From: the human T2T-CHM13v2.0 reference genome, Homo sapiens
Assembly (NCBI RefSeq): GCF_009914755.1
Contig: NC_060940.1
Reading direction: 5' to 3' (one strand)
Length of the DNA: 64,000 nucleotides
Every line of letters begins with the position of its first letter. The stretch's first letter is position 1. Shown here piece by piece: positions 1 to 13,673 of this stretch. The position numbers were made by a program, and so were the translations under genes. Under the pieces are notes generated by a model, which had not been told where the DNA came from, made no database searches, and worked only from the letters and a program-made list of their open reading frames with translations.

Positions 1-1492
1 GGAGTCCATTTGATTGTTCCATTCGATTCCATTCGATTCCTTTCGAAGATTATTCCATTTGAGTCCATTCGACGATGATTCCATTCCATTCCATTCGATG
101 ATTCCGTTTGATTCCATTCGATGATTCCCTTCGATTCCTTTCTTTGATGATTCCATTCCATTCCATTCAATGATTCCATTCGAATCTATTCCATGATGAT
201 TCCTTTCGATTCCATTCGCTGATGTTTCCGTTCAATTCCATTCGATGATGATTCCATTCGATTCCATTCATTGAGGATTCCATTTGATTCCATTCAATGA
301 TGATTCCGTTCTATTCCATTCAATGATTGCATTCAATTCCATTCAATGATTATACCCTTAGAGTAAACTCAACGATTCCATTCAATACCATTCGATGATG
401 ATTCCTTTTGAGTCCATTCAATGATTTCATTCAAGTCCATTTGATGATTCCTTTCAATTCCATTCTATGATGATTCCATTCGAGTCCATTCGATGATTCC
501 ATTAGATTGCATTCGATTATTCCATTATATTCCAGTCAACGATGATTCCATTCGAGTCCATGCGACGGTGAGCAATTCGATTCAATTCCATGATGATTCT
601 ATTTGATTCAATTAGATGATGTTTCCATTCGAATCCATTCCATGATTATTCCATTGGAATCCATTCGGCGATGATTCCATATGAGTCAATTCAATGATGA
701 TTCCATATGGGTCCGTTCGATGATAATTCCATTTGATTTCATTCGATGCTTCTATTCTATTCCAGTCGATGATGATTCCGTTGGAGTCCATACGATGATT
801 CCATTTGATTTCATTTGATGATGATTCCATTCGATGATGATTACATTGGATTCCATTCTATGATTCCATTCAATTCCATTCGTTGATGATTCGATTCCAT
901 TCAATGATGATTCCATTTGAGTTCATTCGATGATTCTATTCGATTCCGTTCGATGGTGATTCAATTCTCTTATATTGGATGATTCCACTCGATTCCATTT
1001 GATGATTATTCCATTGGAGTCCACTTAGTGAATCCTTTAGATTCAACTCGAAGATGACTCCATTCGAGTCCATTCGATGATACCATTCAATTCCATTCGT
1101 TGATGCTTCCATTCAAGTGCATTCGATGATATCATTCGATTCCATTTGATGATAATTCCATTTGATTCCATGCGATGATTCTATTCGATTCCATTCAATG
1201 ATAATTCCATTCAATTCAGTGATTCCTCTGGACTCCATTTGATGATGATTCCATTCAATGATTCCATTAGATTCTATTCCAAAATGATTCCATTTGAATC
1301 CATTTGATGATGATTCCATTAGATTCCATTTGATGATTCCATTCGATTCCATTCGACGATGATTCCATTCGATTCCGTTTGATGATTCCATTCTATTCTA
1401 TTCGATGATGATTCCATTCGATTCCATTCGATGATGATTGGATTCGATTCCATTTGATGATTTCATTTGATTCCATTCGTTAATGATTTCGA
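1..1492 (+). repeat. Partial HOR unit U0 (3' end); diverged; carries a 727-bp deletion at ~543-561
   Basis: Position 1 (ggagtccatttgattgttcc) corresponds to 17521. The distance to the next landmark is 611 bp here versus 1338 bp in an intact unit. Confidence 0.85.
1311..1321 (-). promoter_or_regulatory. Example DUX4-type binding motif (TAATGGAATCA on - strand), repeated several times per HOR unit
   Basis: The + strand tgattccatta is the reverse complement of TAATGGAATCA, which fits the DUX4 consensus TAAYBBAATCA. DUX4 binding to HSATII is established. Occupancy of this particular copy is not shown. Confidence 0.45.
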
Positions 1493-4400
1493 TCAATTCC
1501 ATTCGATGATTCCATTGGATTCCATTGGATAATGATTACATCCGAGTCCATTCGATGATTCCATTTGAGCCTGTTCGATAATTCCATTTGAGTCCAACCA
1601 ATGATTCCATTCATTTCCATTCAATGATTCCATTCGAGTCCATTTGATCATTCCGGTAGGGTCCATTCGATGTTGATTCCATTGGAGTGCATTCGATGAT
1701 TCCATTCGAGTCCATTTTAGGATTTGATTCGAGACCTTTCGATGATTCCATTCGACTCCACTCGATGATGATTTCATTCGAGTCCATTCGACACTTCCAA
1801 TCGATTCCATTTGATGTTTCTTTTCGAGTCCAATTGATGATTCCATTCAATTCCATTCGATGATGATTCCGTACGGTTCCATTCTGTGATGATTCCATGT
1901 GATTGCATTCAATGATGATTCCTTTCGATTGCATTCGATTATGATTCATTTCGTGTTCATTCTATGGTTCCACAGGTTTCCATTCGTGTCCATTCCATTA
2001 TTCCATTCTATTCCATTTGATGATGATTCCATTCGATTCCATTCATTGGTGATTCCACTCAATTCCATTCAATGATTCCATTCCATTTTTTTCAACAATG
2101 ATTCCATTAGTTTCTAATTGATGATCCACTTGATTCCATTTGACGACGATTCCATTCTTGTCCATTCGATGATTCCATTTGATTCCATATGATGATGATT
2201 CCATTCGATTCCATACGATGATGATTCCATTCGAGTCCATTCAATGGTGATTCCATTCAATTCCATTCGATGATTCCTTTCGATTCCATTCGATGATGAT
2301 GGCATTCGATTCCTTTCAATCATTCCCTTTGATTCCATTCAAAGGTGATTTCATTCAAGTCCATTGGATAATTGCATTCGATTCCATTCTATGATGATTC
2401 CATTCGAGTCCATTTGATGATTCCATTCAATTCAAGTCAATGATGATTCCATTCGATTCCATTCGATGATTCCATTGGATTCCATTCGATCATAATTCCA
2501 TTCAAATCCTTTCGATAATTCAATTCAAGTCCATTCGATGATGATTCCAATCGAATCCATTCAAAGATTCTATTCAGTTCCATTCGATGATTCCCTTAGA
2601 TTCCATTCGATGATTCCACTTGATTCCATTTACGATGATTCCATTCGATTCCATGTGATGATTCCATTCAATTCTATTCAATGATGTGTCCATTTGATTC
2701 CATTCGACCATGATTGCCTTTGATTCCATTCAATGATTCCATTCGGTTCCTTTTGAGGATGATTCCGTTCGATTCCATTTGATGATTCCATTTGATTCCA
2801 TTGGATGAGTCCATTCGATTACATTCGATGATAATTCCATTCGAGTCCATTCGATGATTCCATTCGATTCCATTCGATGTTGATTCTGTTCAAATCCATT
2901 CGATGATTCCACTCGATTCCATTCGATGACTCCATTTGATCCCATTCGATGATTTCCTTTGATTCCCTTTGATGATCATTCCATTTGATTCAATTCGGTG
3001 ATTTCATTTGATTCCATTCAGTGATGTTTCCATTCGACTCCATTCGATGATGATTCCATTCGACTCCATTCGATTATGATTTCATTCAATTCCATTCGAT
3101 AATGATTCCCTTCGAGTCCATTCGATGATTCCATTCGATTCCATTCAACGATGATTTGATTCGTGTCCATTCGATGATTCCATTTGATTCCACTTGATGA
3201 TGATTCCATTCGAGTCCATTTGATGATTCCATTCAATTCCATACTCCGATGATTTCTTTTGAGCCCACTCAATGCTTCCACTCGATTCCATATGATGATG
3301 ACTCCATTCGATGAAATTCGATGATGATTCCATTCGCTTGCTTTCGATGATGATTCCACTTGAGTCCGTTAGAAGATTCTATTCAATTACATTCCATGAC
3401 GATTCCGTTCGAGTCCATTTGATGATTCCATTAGACTCCATTCGACGATGATTCCATTCGATGTTATTCGATGATTCCATTCGATCTCATTCGATGATGA
3501 TTCCATTCAACTCCATTCGATGTTTCCATTCGAGTTCATTCTATTATTCCATTAGATTCCATTCGATGATGATTCCATTCGATTCCATTTGATGATTGCA
3601 TTCTATTTCATTTGATGATGATTCCATTCGAGTCCACTCGATGATTCCATTCGAGTCCATTTAATGAATCCATTGGTTTCAATTCTATGATGATTACATT
3701 GGATTCCATTCGTTGATGATTTCATTCGGTTCCATTCAATGATGATTCCATTCAATTCCTTTCAATGTTTCCATTCAATTCCATACGATGATGATTCCAT
3801 TTGATTTGTTTCGACAGTGAGCCATTCGATTCAATTCCATGATGATTCTATTTGATTCCATTGGTTGACATTTCCATTCGATTCCATTCGATGATGATTC
3901 CCTTTGATTCCATTCAAAGATGATTCCATTCTAGCCCATTCAATCATTCCATTCGATTCTATTCAATGATGATTCCATTCATGTCGATTTGGTGATTCCA
4001 TTTGACTTCATTTGATGATGATTCCTTTCAAGTTCATTAGATGATTCCATTCGATTCCATTTGATGATGATCCCATTCGAGTCCATTCAGTGATTCCATT
4101 CGTTTCCATTCCATGATGATTCCATTCCATTCCATGCAATGATTCCATTCGATTCCGTTTGATGATGATTTCATTCGAGTCCATTTGATGATTCCATTTG
4201 ATTCCATTCGATGATGATTCCATTCGAGTCCATTCGATGATTCTATTCGAATCCATTTGATGATATCTTTTGATTATAGTTGGTGATGATTCCATTGGAG
4301 TCCATTCAATGATTCCATTCGATTCCAATCGATGGTGATTCCATTAGAGTCCATTTAATGATTCCATTTGATTCCAGTCTCTGATGATTACATTCGAGTC

Positions 4401-7400
4401 CATACGATGATTCCACTCAATTCCATATGATGATGATTCCATTCGATTCCATTCGATGATTCCATTCTATTCTATTCAATGGTGATTCCATTCGATTCCA
4501 TTCAATGATGATTCTATTTGTGTCCCTTAGATGATTCCACATGATTCCATTAGATGATGATACTATTTGAGCCCATCCAATGATTCCCTTCGATTCCATT
4601 CGATGAGGATTCCATTCGATTCAATTCATTGGTGATTCTATTCAATTCAATTCTTTGATTCCATTCCATTCCATTCGACAATGATTCCATTCGATTTCTT
4701 TCGATGATTCCACTCGATTCCACTTGACGTTGATTCCATTCGATTCCATTCAATGATTCCATTTGATTCCAGTGGATGATGATTGCCATCGATTCCATTC
4801 GATCACTCCATTCTATTCCATTTGATGATGATTACATTCGATTCCATTTGATGATTCCATCTGATTCTATTCGAGGATTCCATTTGATTCCATTCGATGA
4901 TGATTCCATTCGAGTCCATTCGATGATTTCATTCGAGTACATCCAATGATTCCATTCGAGTCCATTTGATGATTCCATTTGATTCCATTTGATTATGATT
5001 CTACTAGCGTCCATTCAATGACTCCATTCGAGTCCATTCAACAATTCCATTCGACTCCATTCGATGATTCCATTCGATTCCATTTGATGATTCCATTCGA
5101 GTCCATTTAATCATTACAGTCGAGTCCATTTGGTGATTCCGCTGGATTTCCTTTGATAATGATACCATTCAATTACATTTGATGATGATCCCATTCAATT
5201 TCATTTGATGATGATTCCATTAGAGTCCATTCGATGATTTTATTCGAGTCCCTTCATTGATTCCATCCGATTTCATTGGATGATGACTCCATTCGAGTCC
5301 ATTCGATGATTCCACTCGATTCCATTAGATGATTCCATTGGAGTCCATTTGATTGTTCCATTCGATTCCATTCGATTCCTTTCGAAGATTATTCCATTTG
5401 AGTCCATTCGATGATGATTCCATTCCATTCCATTCGATGATTCCGTTTGATTCCATTCGATGATTCCCTTCGATTCCTTTCTTTGATGATTCCATTCCAT
5501 TCCATTCAATGATTCCATTCGAATCTATTCCATGATGATTCCTTTCGATTCCATTCGCTGTTTCCGTTCAATTCCATTCGATGATGATTCCATTCGATTC
5601 CATTCATTGAGGATTCCATTTGATTCCATTCAATGATGATTCCATTCTATTCCATTCAAAGATTGCATTCAATTCCATTTAATGATTATCCCATTAGTGT
5701 AAACTCAACGATTCCATTCAATACCATTCGATGATGATTCCTTTTGAGTCCATTCAATGATTTCATTCAAGTCCATTTGATGATTCCTTTCAATTCCATT
5801 CTATGATGATTCCATTCGAGTCCATTCGATGATTCCATTTGATTGCATTCGATGATTCCATTATATTCCATTCAACGGTGATTCCATTCGAGTCCATTCC
5901 ATGATTCCATTAGAGTACATTTAATGATTGCTTTGTTTTCAATTCGAAGATGATTACATTCGATTCCATTCTATGATACCATTCGATTCCATTCAATGAT
6001 GACTCCACTCAAATCCATTGGATGATTCCATTCGTGTCCATTCGGTGATTTCATTAGATTCCATTCGAGGATGATTCCATTCGATTCCATTCGATGATTC
6101 CATTCAATTCCATTCGATGATGATTCCATTCCAGTCCATATGATCATTCCATTTGATTTCATTCGATGATGATTCCATTCGATTCCGTTCGACGATTCCA
6201 TTCTATTCCATTCGATGATGATTCCATTCGAGTCCATTCGATGATTCCATTCGAGTCCATTTAATGATTCCATTGGGTTCAATTCAATGATGATTACATT
6301 GGATTCCGTTCTATGATTCCATTCAATTCCGTTCATTGACAATTTGATTCCATTCGATGATGATTCCATTTGAGTTCATTCGATGATTCTATTCGATTCT
6401 CTTCGATGGTGATTCAATTCTATTATATTGGATGATTCCATTCGATTCCATTTGATGTTGATTCAATTCGATTCTATTCGATGATGATTCCATTGGATTT
6501 CACTTGATGATTCTATTCGATTCCATTCAATGATGATTCACTTCTCGTCCATTGGATGATTCCATTTCATTCCATTCGATGATGATTCCATTCGATTCCA
6601 TTCGATGATTCCATTTGATTCCATGCGACGGTGAGCAATTCGATTCAATTCCATGATGATTCTATTTGATTCAATTAGATGATGTTTCCATTCGAATCCA
6701 TTCCATGATTATTCCATTGGAATCCATTCGGCGATGATTCCATATGAGTCAATTCAATGATGATTCCATATGGGTCCGTTCGATGATAATTCCATTTGAT
6801 TTCATTCGATGCTTCTATTCTATTCCAGTCGATGATGATTCCGTTGGAGTCCATACGATGATTCCACTTGATTTCATTTCATGATGATTCCATTCGATGA
6901 CGATTACATTGGATTCCATTCTATGATTCCATTCAATTCCATTCGTTGATGATTCGATTCCATTCAATGATGATTCCATTTGAGTTCATTCGATGATTCT
7001 ATTCGATTCCATTCTATGGTGATTCAATTCCCTTATATTGGATGATTCGACTCGATTCCATTTGATGATTATTCCATTGGAGTCCACTTAGTGAATCCTT
7101 TAGATTCTACTCGACGATGATTCCATTCGAGTCCATTCGATGATACCATTCAATTCCATTCGTTGATGCTTCCATTCAAGTGCATTCGATGATATCATTC
7201 GATTCCATTTGATGATAATTCCATTTGATTCCATGCGATGATTCTATTCGATTCCATTCAATGATAATTCCATTCAATTCAGTGATTCCTCTGGACTCCA
7301 TTTGATGATGATTCCATTCAATGATTCCATTCGATTCTATTCGAAAATGATTCCATTTGAATCCATTTGATGATGATTCCATTAGATTCCATTTGATGAT

Positions 7401-7555
7401 TCCATTCGATTCCATTCGACGATGATTCCATTCGATTCCGTTTGATGATTCCATTCTATTCTATTCGATGATGATTCCATTCGATTCCATTCGATGATGA
7501 TTGGATTCGATTCCATTTGATGATTTCATTTGATTCCATTCGTTAATGATTTCGA
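1493..7555 (+). repeat. HOR unit U1, 6063 bp (6112 -23 -23 -3); most diverged full unit
   Basis: Phase is set at the landmark after gttaatgatttcga (ORF-track ends 1493 and 7556). Deletions lie at ~2845 (23 bp), ~4490 (23 bp) and ~5560 (3 bp, cgctgtttcc versus cgctgatgtttcc). Confidence 0.9.
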
Positions 7556-10500
7556 TCAATTCCATTCGATGATTCCATTCGATTCCATTCGATAATGATT
7601 ACATCCGAGTCCATTCGATGATTCCCTTTGAGCCTGTTCGATAATTCCATTTGAGTCCAACCAATGATTCCATTCATTTCCATTCAATGATTCCATTCGA
7701 GTCCATTTGATCATTCCGGTAGGGTCCATTCGATGTTGATTCCATTGGAGTGCATTCGATGATTCCATTCGAGTCCATTTTAGGATTTGATTCGAGTCCT
7801 TTCGATGATTCCATTCGATTCCACTCGATGATGATTTCATTCGAGTCCATTCGACACTTCCAATCGATTCCGTTTGATGATTCCATTCGAGTCCAATTGA
7901 TGATTCCATTCAATTCCATTCGATGATGATTCCGTACGATTCCATTCTGTGATGATTCCATGTGATTGCATTCAATGCTGATTCCTTTCGATTGCATTCG
8001 ATTATGATTCATTTCGTGTTCATTCTATGGTTCCACAGGTTTCCATTCGTGTCCATTCCATTATTCCATTCTATTCCATTTGATGATGATTCCATTCGAT
8101 TCCATTCATTGGTGATTCCACTCAATTCCATTCAATGATTCCATTCCATTTCTTTCAACAATGATTCCATTAGTTTCTAATCGATGATCCACTTGATTCC
8201 ATTTGACGACGATTCCATTCTTGTCCATTCGATGATTCCATTGGATTCCATATGATGATGATTCCATTCGATTCCATACCATGATGATTCCATTCGAGTC
8301 CATTCAATGGTGATTCCATTCAATTCCATTCGATGATTCCTTTTGATTCCATTCGATGATGATGGCATTCGATTCCTTTCAATCATTCCCTTTGATTCCA
8401 TTCAAAGGTGATTGTGATTTCATTCAAGTCCATTCGATAATTGCATTCGATTCCATTCTATGATGATTCCATTCGAGTCCATTTGATGATTCCATTCAAT
8501 TCAAGTCAATGATGATTCCATTCCATTCCATTCGATGATTCCATTGGATTCCATTCGATGATGATTCCATTCAAATCCATTCGATAATTTAATTCAAGTC
8601 CATTCGATGATGATTCCAATCGAATCCATTCAAAGATTCCATTCAGTTCCATTCGATGATTCCCTTAGATTCCATTCGATGATTCCACTTGATTCCATTT
8701 ACGATGATTCCATTCGATTCCATGTGATGATTCCATTCAATTCTATTCAATGGTGTCTCCATTTGATTCCATTCGACCATGATTGCCTTTGATTCCATTC
8801 AATGATTCCATTCGGTTCCGTTTGATGATGATTCCGTTCGATTCCATTTGATGATTCCATTTGATTCCATTGGATGAGTCCATTCGATTACATTCGATGA
8901 TTATTCCATTCGAGTGCATTAGATGATTCCATTCGAGTCCATTCGATGATTCCATTCGATTCCATTCGATGTTGATTCTGTTCAAATCCATTCGATGATT
9001 CCACTCGATTCCATTCGTTGACTCCATTTGATCCCATTCGATGATTTCCTTTGATTCCCTTTGATGATCATTCCATTTGATTCAATTCGGTGATTTCATT
9101 TGATTCCATTCAGTGATGTTTCCATTCGACTCCATTCGATGATGATTCCATTCGACTCCATTCGATTATGATTTCATTCAATTCCATTCGATAATGATTC
9201 CCTTCGAGTCCATTCGATGATTCCATTCGATTCCATTCAACGATGATTTGATTCGTGTCCATTCGATGATTCCATTTGATTCCACTTGATGATGATTCCA
9301 TTCGAGTCCATTTGATGATTCCATTCAATTCCATACTCCGATGATTTCTTTTGAGCCCACTCAATGCTTCCACTCGATTCCATATGATGATGACTCCATT
9401 CGATGAAATTCGATGATGATTCCATTCGCTTGCTTTCGATGATGATTCCACTTGAGTCCGTTAGAAGATTCTATTCAATTACATTCCAGGACGATTCCGT
9501 TCGAGTCCATTTGATGATTCCATTAGACTCCATTCGACGATGATTCCATTCGATGTTATTCGATGATTCCATTCGATCTCATTCGATGATGATTCCATTC
9601 AACTCCATTCGATGTTTCCATTCGAGTTCATTCTATTATTCCATTAGATTCCATTCGATGATGATTCCATTCGATTCCATTTGATGATTGCATTCTATTT
9701 CATTTGATGATGATTCCATTCGAGTCCACTCGATGATTCCATTCGAGTCCATTTAATGAATCCATTGGTTTCGATTCTATGATGATAACATTGGATTCCA
9801 TTCGTTGATGATTTCATTCGGTTCCATTCAATGATGATTCCATTCAATTCCTTTCAATGTTTCCATTCAATTCCATACGATGATGATTCCATTTGATTTG
9901 ATTCGACAGTGAGCCATTCGATTCAATTCCATGATGATTCTATTTGATTCAATTGGTTGACATTTCCATTCGATTCCATTCGATGATGATTCCCTTTGAT
10001 TCCGTTCAAAGATGATTCCATTCTAGCCCATTCAATCATTCCATTCGATTCTATTCAATGATGATTCCATTCATGTCGATTTGGTGATTCCATTTGACTT
10101 CATTTGATGATGATTCCTTTCAAGTTCATTAGATGATTCCATTCGATTCCATTTGATGATGATCCCATTCGAGTCCATTCAGTGATTCCATTCGTTTCCA
10201 TTCCATGATGATTCCATTCCTTTCCATTCAATGATTCCATTCGATTCCGTTTGATGATAATTTCATTCGAGTCCATTTGATGATTCCATTTGATTCCATT
10301 CGATGATGATTCCATTCGAGTCCATTCGATGATTCTATTCGAATCCATTTGATGATTTCTTTTGATTATATTTTGTGATGATTCCATTGGAGTCCATTCA
10401 ATGATTCCATTCTATTCCAATCGATGATGATTCCATTAGAGTCCATTTAATGATTCCATTTGATTCCAGTCTCTGATGATTACATTCGAGTCCATACGAT

Positions 10501-13500
10501 GATTCCACTCAATTCCATATGATGATGATTCCATTCGATTCCATTCGGTGATTCCATTCTATTCTATTCAATGGTGATTCCATTCGAGTACATTAGATGA
10601 TTCCATTCGATTCCATTCAATGATGATTCTATTTGTGTCCCTTAGATGATTCCACATGATTCCATTAGATGATGATACTATTTGAGCCCATCCAATGATT
10701 CCCTTCGATTCCATTCGATGAGGATTCCATTCGATTCAATTCATTGGTGATTCTATTCAATTCAATTCTTTGATTCCATTCCATTCCATTCGACAATGAT
10801 TCCATTCGATTTCTTTCGATGATTCCACTCGATTCCACTTGACATTGATTCCATTCGATTCCATTCAATGATTCCATTTGATTCCAGTGGATGATGATTG
10901 CCATCGATTCCATTCGATCACTCCATTCTATTCCATTTGATGATGATTACATTCGATTCCATTTGATGATTCCATCTGATTCTATTCGAGGATTCCATTT
11001 GATTCCATTCGATGATGATTCCATTCGAGTCCATTCGATGATTTCATTCGAGTACATCCAATGATTCCATTCGAGTCCATTAGATGATTCCATTTGATTC
11101 CATTTGAAAATGATTCTACTAGAGTCCATTCAATGACTCCATTCGAGTCCATTCAACAATTCCATTCGACTCCATTCGATGATTCCATTCGATTCCATTT
11201 GATGGTTCCATTCGAGCCCATTTAATCATTACAGTCGAGTCCATTTGGTGATTCCACTGGATTTCCTTTGATAATGATACCATTCAATTACATTTGATGA
11301 TGATCCCATTCAATTTCATTTGATGATGATTCCATTAGAGTCCATTCGATGATTTCATTCGAGTCCCTTCATTGATTCCATCCGATTTCATTGGATGATG
11401 ACTCCATTCGAGTCCATTCGATGATTCCACTCGATTCCATTAGATGACTCCATTGGAGTCCATTTGATTGTTCCATTCGATTCCATTCGATTCCTTTCGA
11501 AGATTATTCCATTTGAGTCCATTCGATGATGATTCCATTCCATTCCATTCGATGATTCCGTTTGATTCCATTCGATGATTCCCTTCGATTCCTTTCTTTG
11601 ATGATTCCATTCCATTCCATTCAATGATTCCATTCGAATCTATTCCATGATGATTCCTTTCGATTCCATTCGCTGATGTTTCCGTTCAATTCCATTCGAT
11701 GATGATTCCATTCGATTCCATTCATTGAGGATTCCATTTGATTCCATTCAATGATGATTCCATTCTATTCCATTCAATGATTGCATTCAATTCCATTCAA
11801 TGATTATCCCATTAGAGTAAACTCAACGATTCCATTCAATACCATTCGATGATGATTCCTTTTGAGTCCATTCAATGATTTCATTCAAGTCCATTTGATG
11901 ATTCCTTTCAATTCCATTCTATGATGATTCCATTCGAGTCCATTCGATGATTCCATTCGATTGCATTCGATGATTCCATTATATTCCATTCAACGGTGAT
12001 TCCATTCGAGTCCATTCCATGATTCCATTAGAGTACATTTAATGATTGCTTTGTTTTCAATTCGAAGATGATTACATTGGATTCCATTCTATGATACCAT
12101 TCGATTCCATTCAATGATGATTCCACTCAAATCCATTGGATGATTCCATTCGTGTCCATTCGGTGATTTCATTAGATTCCATTCGAGGATGATTCCATTC
12201 GATTCCATTCGATGATTCCATTCAATTCCATTCGATGATGATTCCATTCCAGTCCATATGATCATTCCATTTGATTTCATTCGATGATGATTCCATTCGA
12301 TTCCATTCGACGATTCCATTCTATTCCATTCGATGATGATTCCATTCGAGTCCATTCGATGATTCCATTCGAGTCCATTTAATGATTCCATTGGGTTCAA
12401 TTCAATGATGATTACATTGGATTCTGTTCTATGATTCCATTCAATTCCGTTCATTGACAATTTGATTCCATTCGATGATGATTCCATTTGAGTTCATTCG
12501 ATGATTCTATTCGATTCTCTTCGATGGTGATTCAATTCTATTATATTGGATGATTCCATTCGATTCCATTTGATGTTGATTCAATTCGATTCTATTCGAT
12601 GATGATTCCATTGGATTTCACTTGATGATTCTATTCGATTCCATTCAATGATGATTCACTTCTCGTCCATTGGATGATTCCATTTCATTCCATTCGATGA
12701 TGATTCCATTCGATTCCATTCGATGATTCCATTTGATTCCATGCGTCGGTGAGCAATTCGATTCAATTCCATGATGATTCTATTTGATTCAATTAGATGA
12801 TGTTTCCATTCGAATCCATTCCATGATTATTCCATTGGAATCCATTCGGCGATGATTCCATATGAGTCAATTCAATGATGATTCCATATGGGTCCGTTCG
12901 ATGATAATTCCATTTGATTTCATTCGATGCTTCTATTCTATTCCAGTCGATGATGATTCCGTTGGAGTCCATACGATGATTCCATTTGATTTCATTTGAT
13001 GATGATTCCATTCGATGATGATTACATTGGATTCCATTCTATGATTCCATTCAATTCCATTCGTTGATGATTCGATTCCATTCAATGATGATTCCATTTG
13101 AGTTCATTCGATGATTCTATTCGATTCCGTTCGATGGTGATTCAATTCTATTATATTGGATGATTCCAGTCGATTCCATTTGATGATTATTCCATTGGAG
13201 TCCACTTAGTGAATCCTTTAGATTCTACTCGACGATGATTCCATTCGAGTCCATTCGATGATACCATTCAATTCCATTCGTTGATGCTTCCATTCAAGTG
13301 CATTCGATGATATCATTCGATTCCATTTGATGATAATTCCATTTGATTCCATGCGATGATTCTATTCGATTCCATTCAATGATAATTCCATTCAATTCAG
13401 TGATTCCTCTGGACTCCATTTGATGATGATTCCATTCAATGATTCCATTCGATTCTATTCGAAAATGATTCCATTTGAATCCATTTGATGATGATTCCAT

Positions 13501-13673
13501 TAGATTCCATTTGATGATTCCATTCGATTCCATTCGACGATGATTCCATTCGATTCCGTTTGATGATTCCATTCTATTCTATTCGATGATGATTCCATTC
13601 GATTCCATTCGATGATGATTGGATTCGATTCCATTTGATGATTTCATTTGATTCCATTCGTTAATGATTTCGA
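7556..13673 (+). repeat. HOR unit U2, 6118 bp (6112 +6)
   Basis: There is a 6-bp duplication at ~8408-8419 (ggtgattgtgatttc versus ggtgatttc). Confidence 0.9.

Noticed and set aside
1650-1665. G-rich landmark ttccggtagggtcc resembling foreign sequence or a splice donor
   Set aside because: It aligns in register with the monomer as a mutated attccattcgagtcc and recurs once per unit with no exon context.
8607-8792. Plus-strand 61-aa ORF (also 48963-49148)
   Set aside because: It arises from a chance SNP (tga to tgg) removing a stop in satellite sequence.
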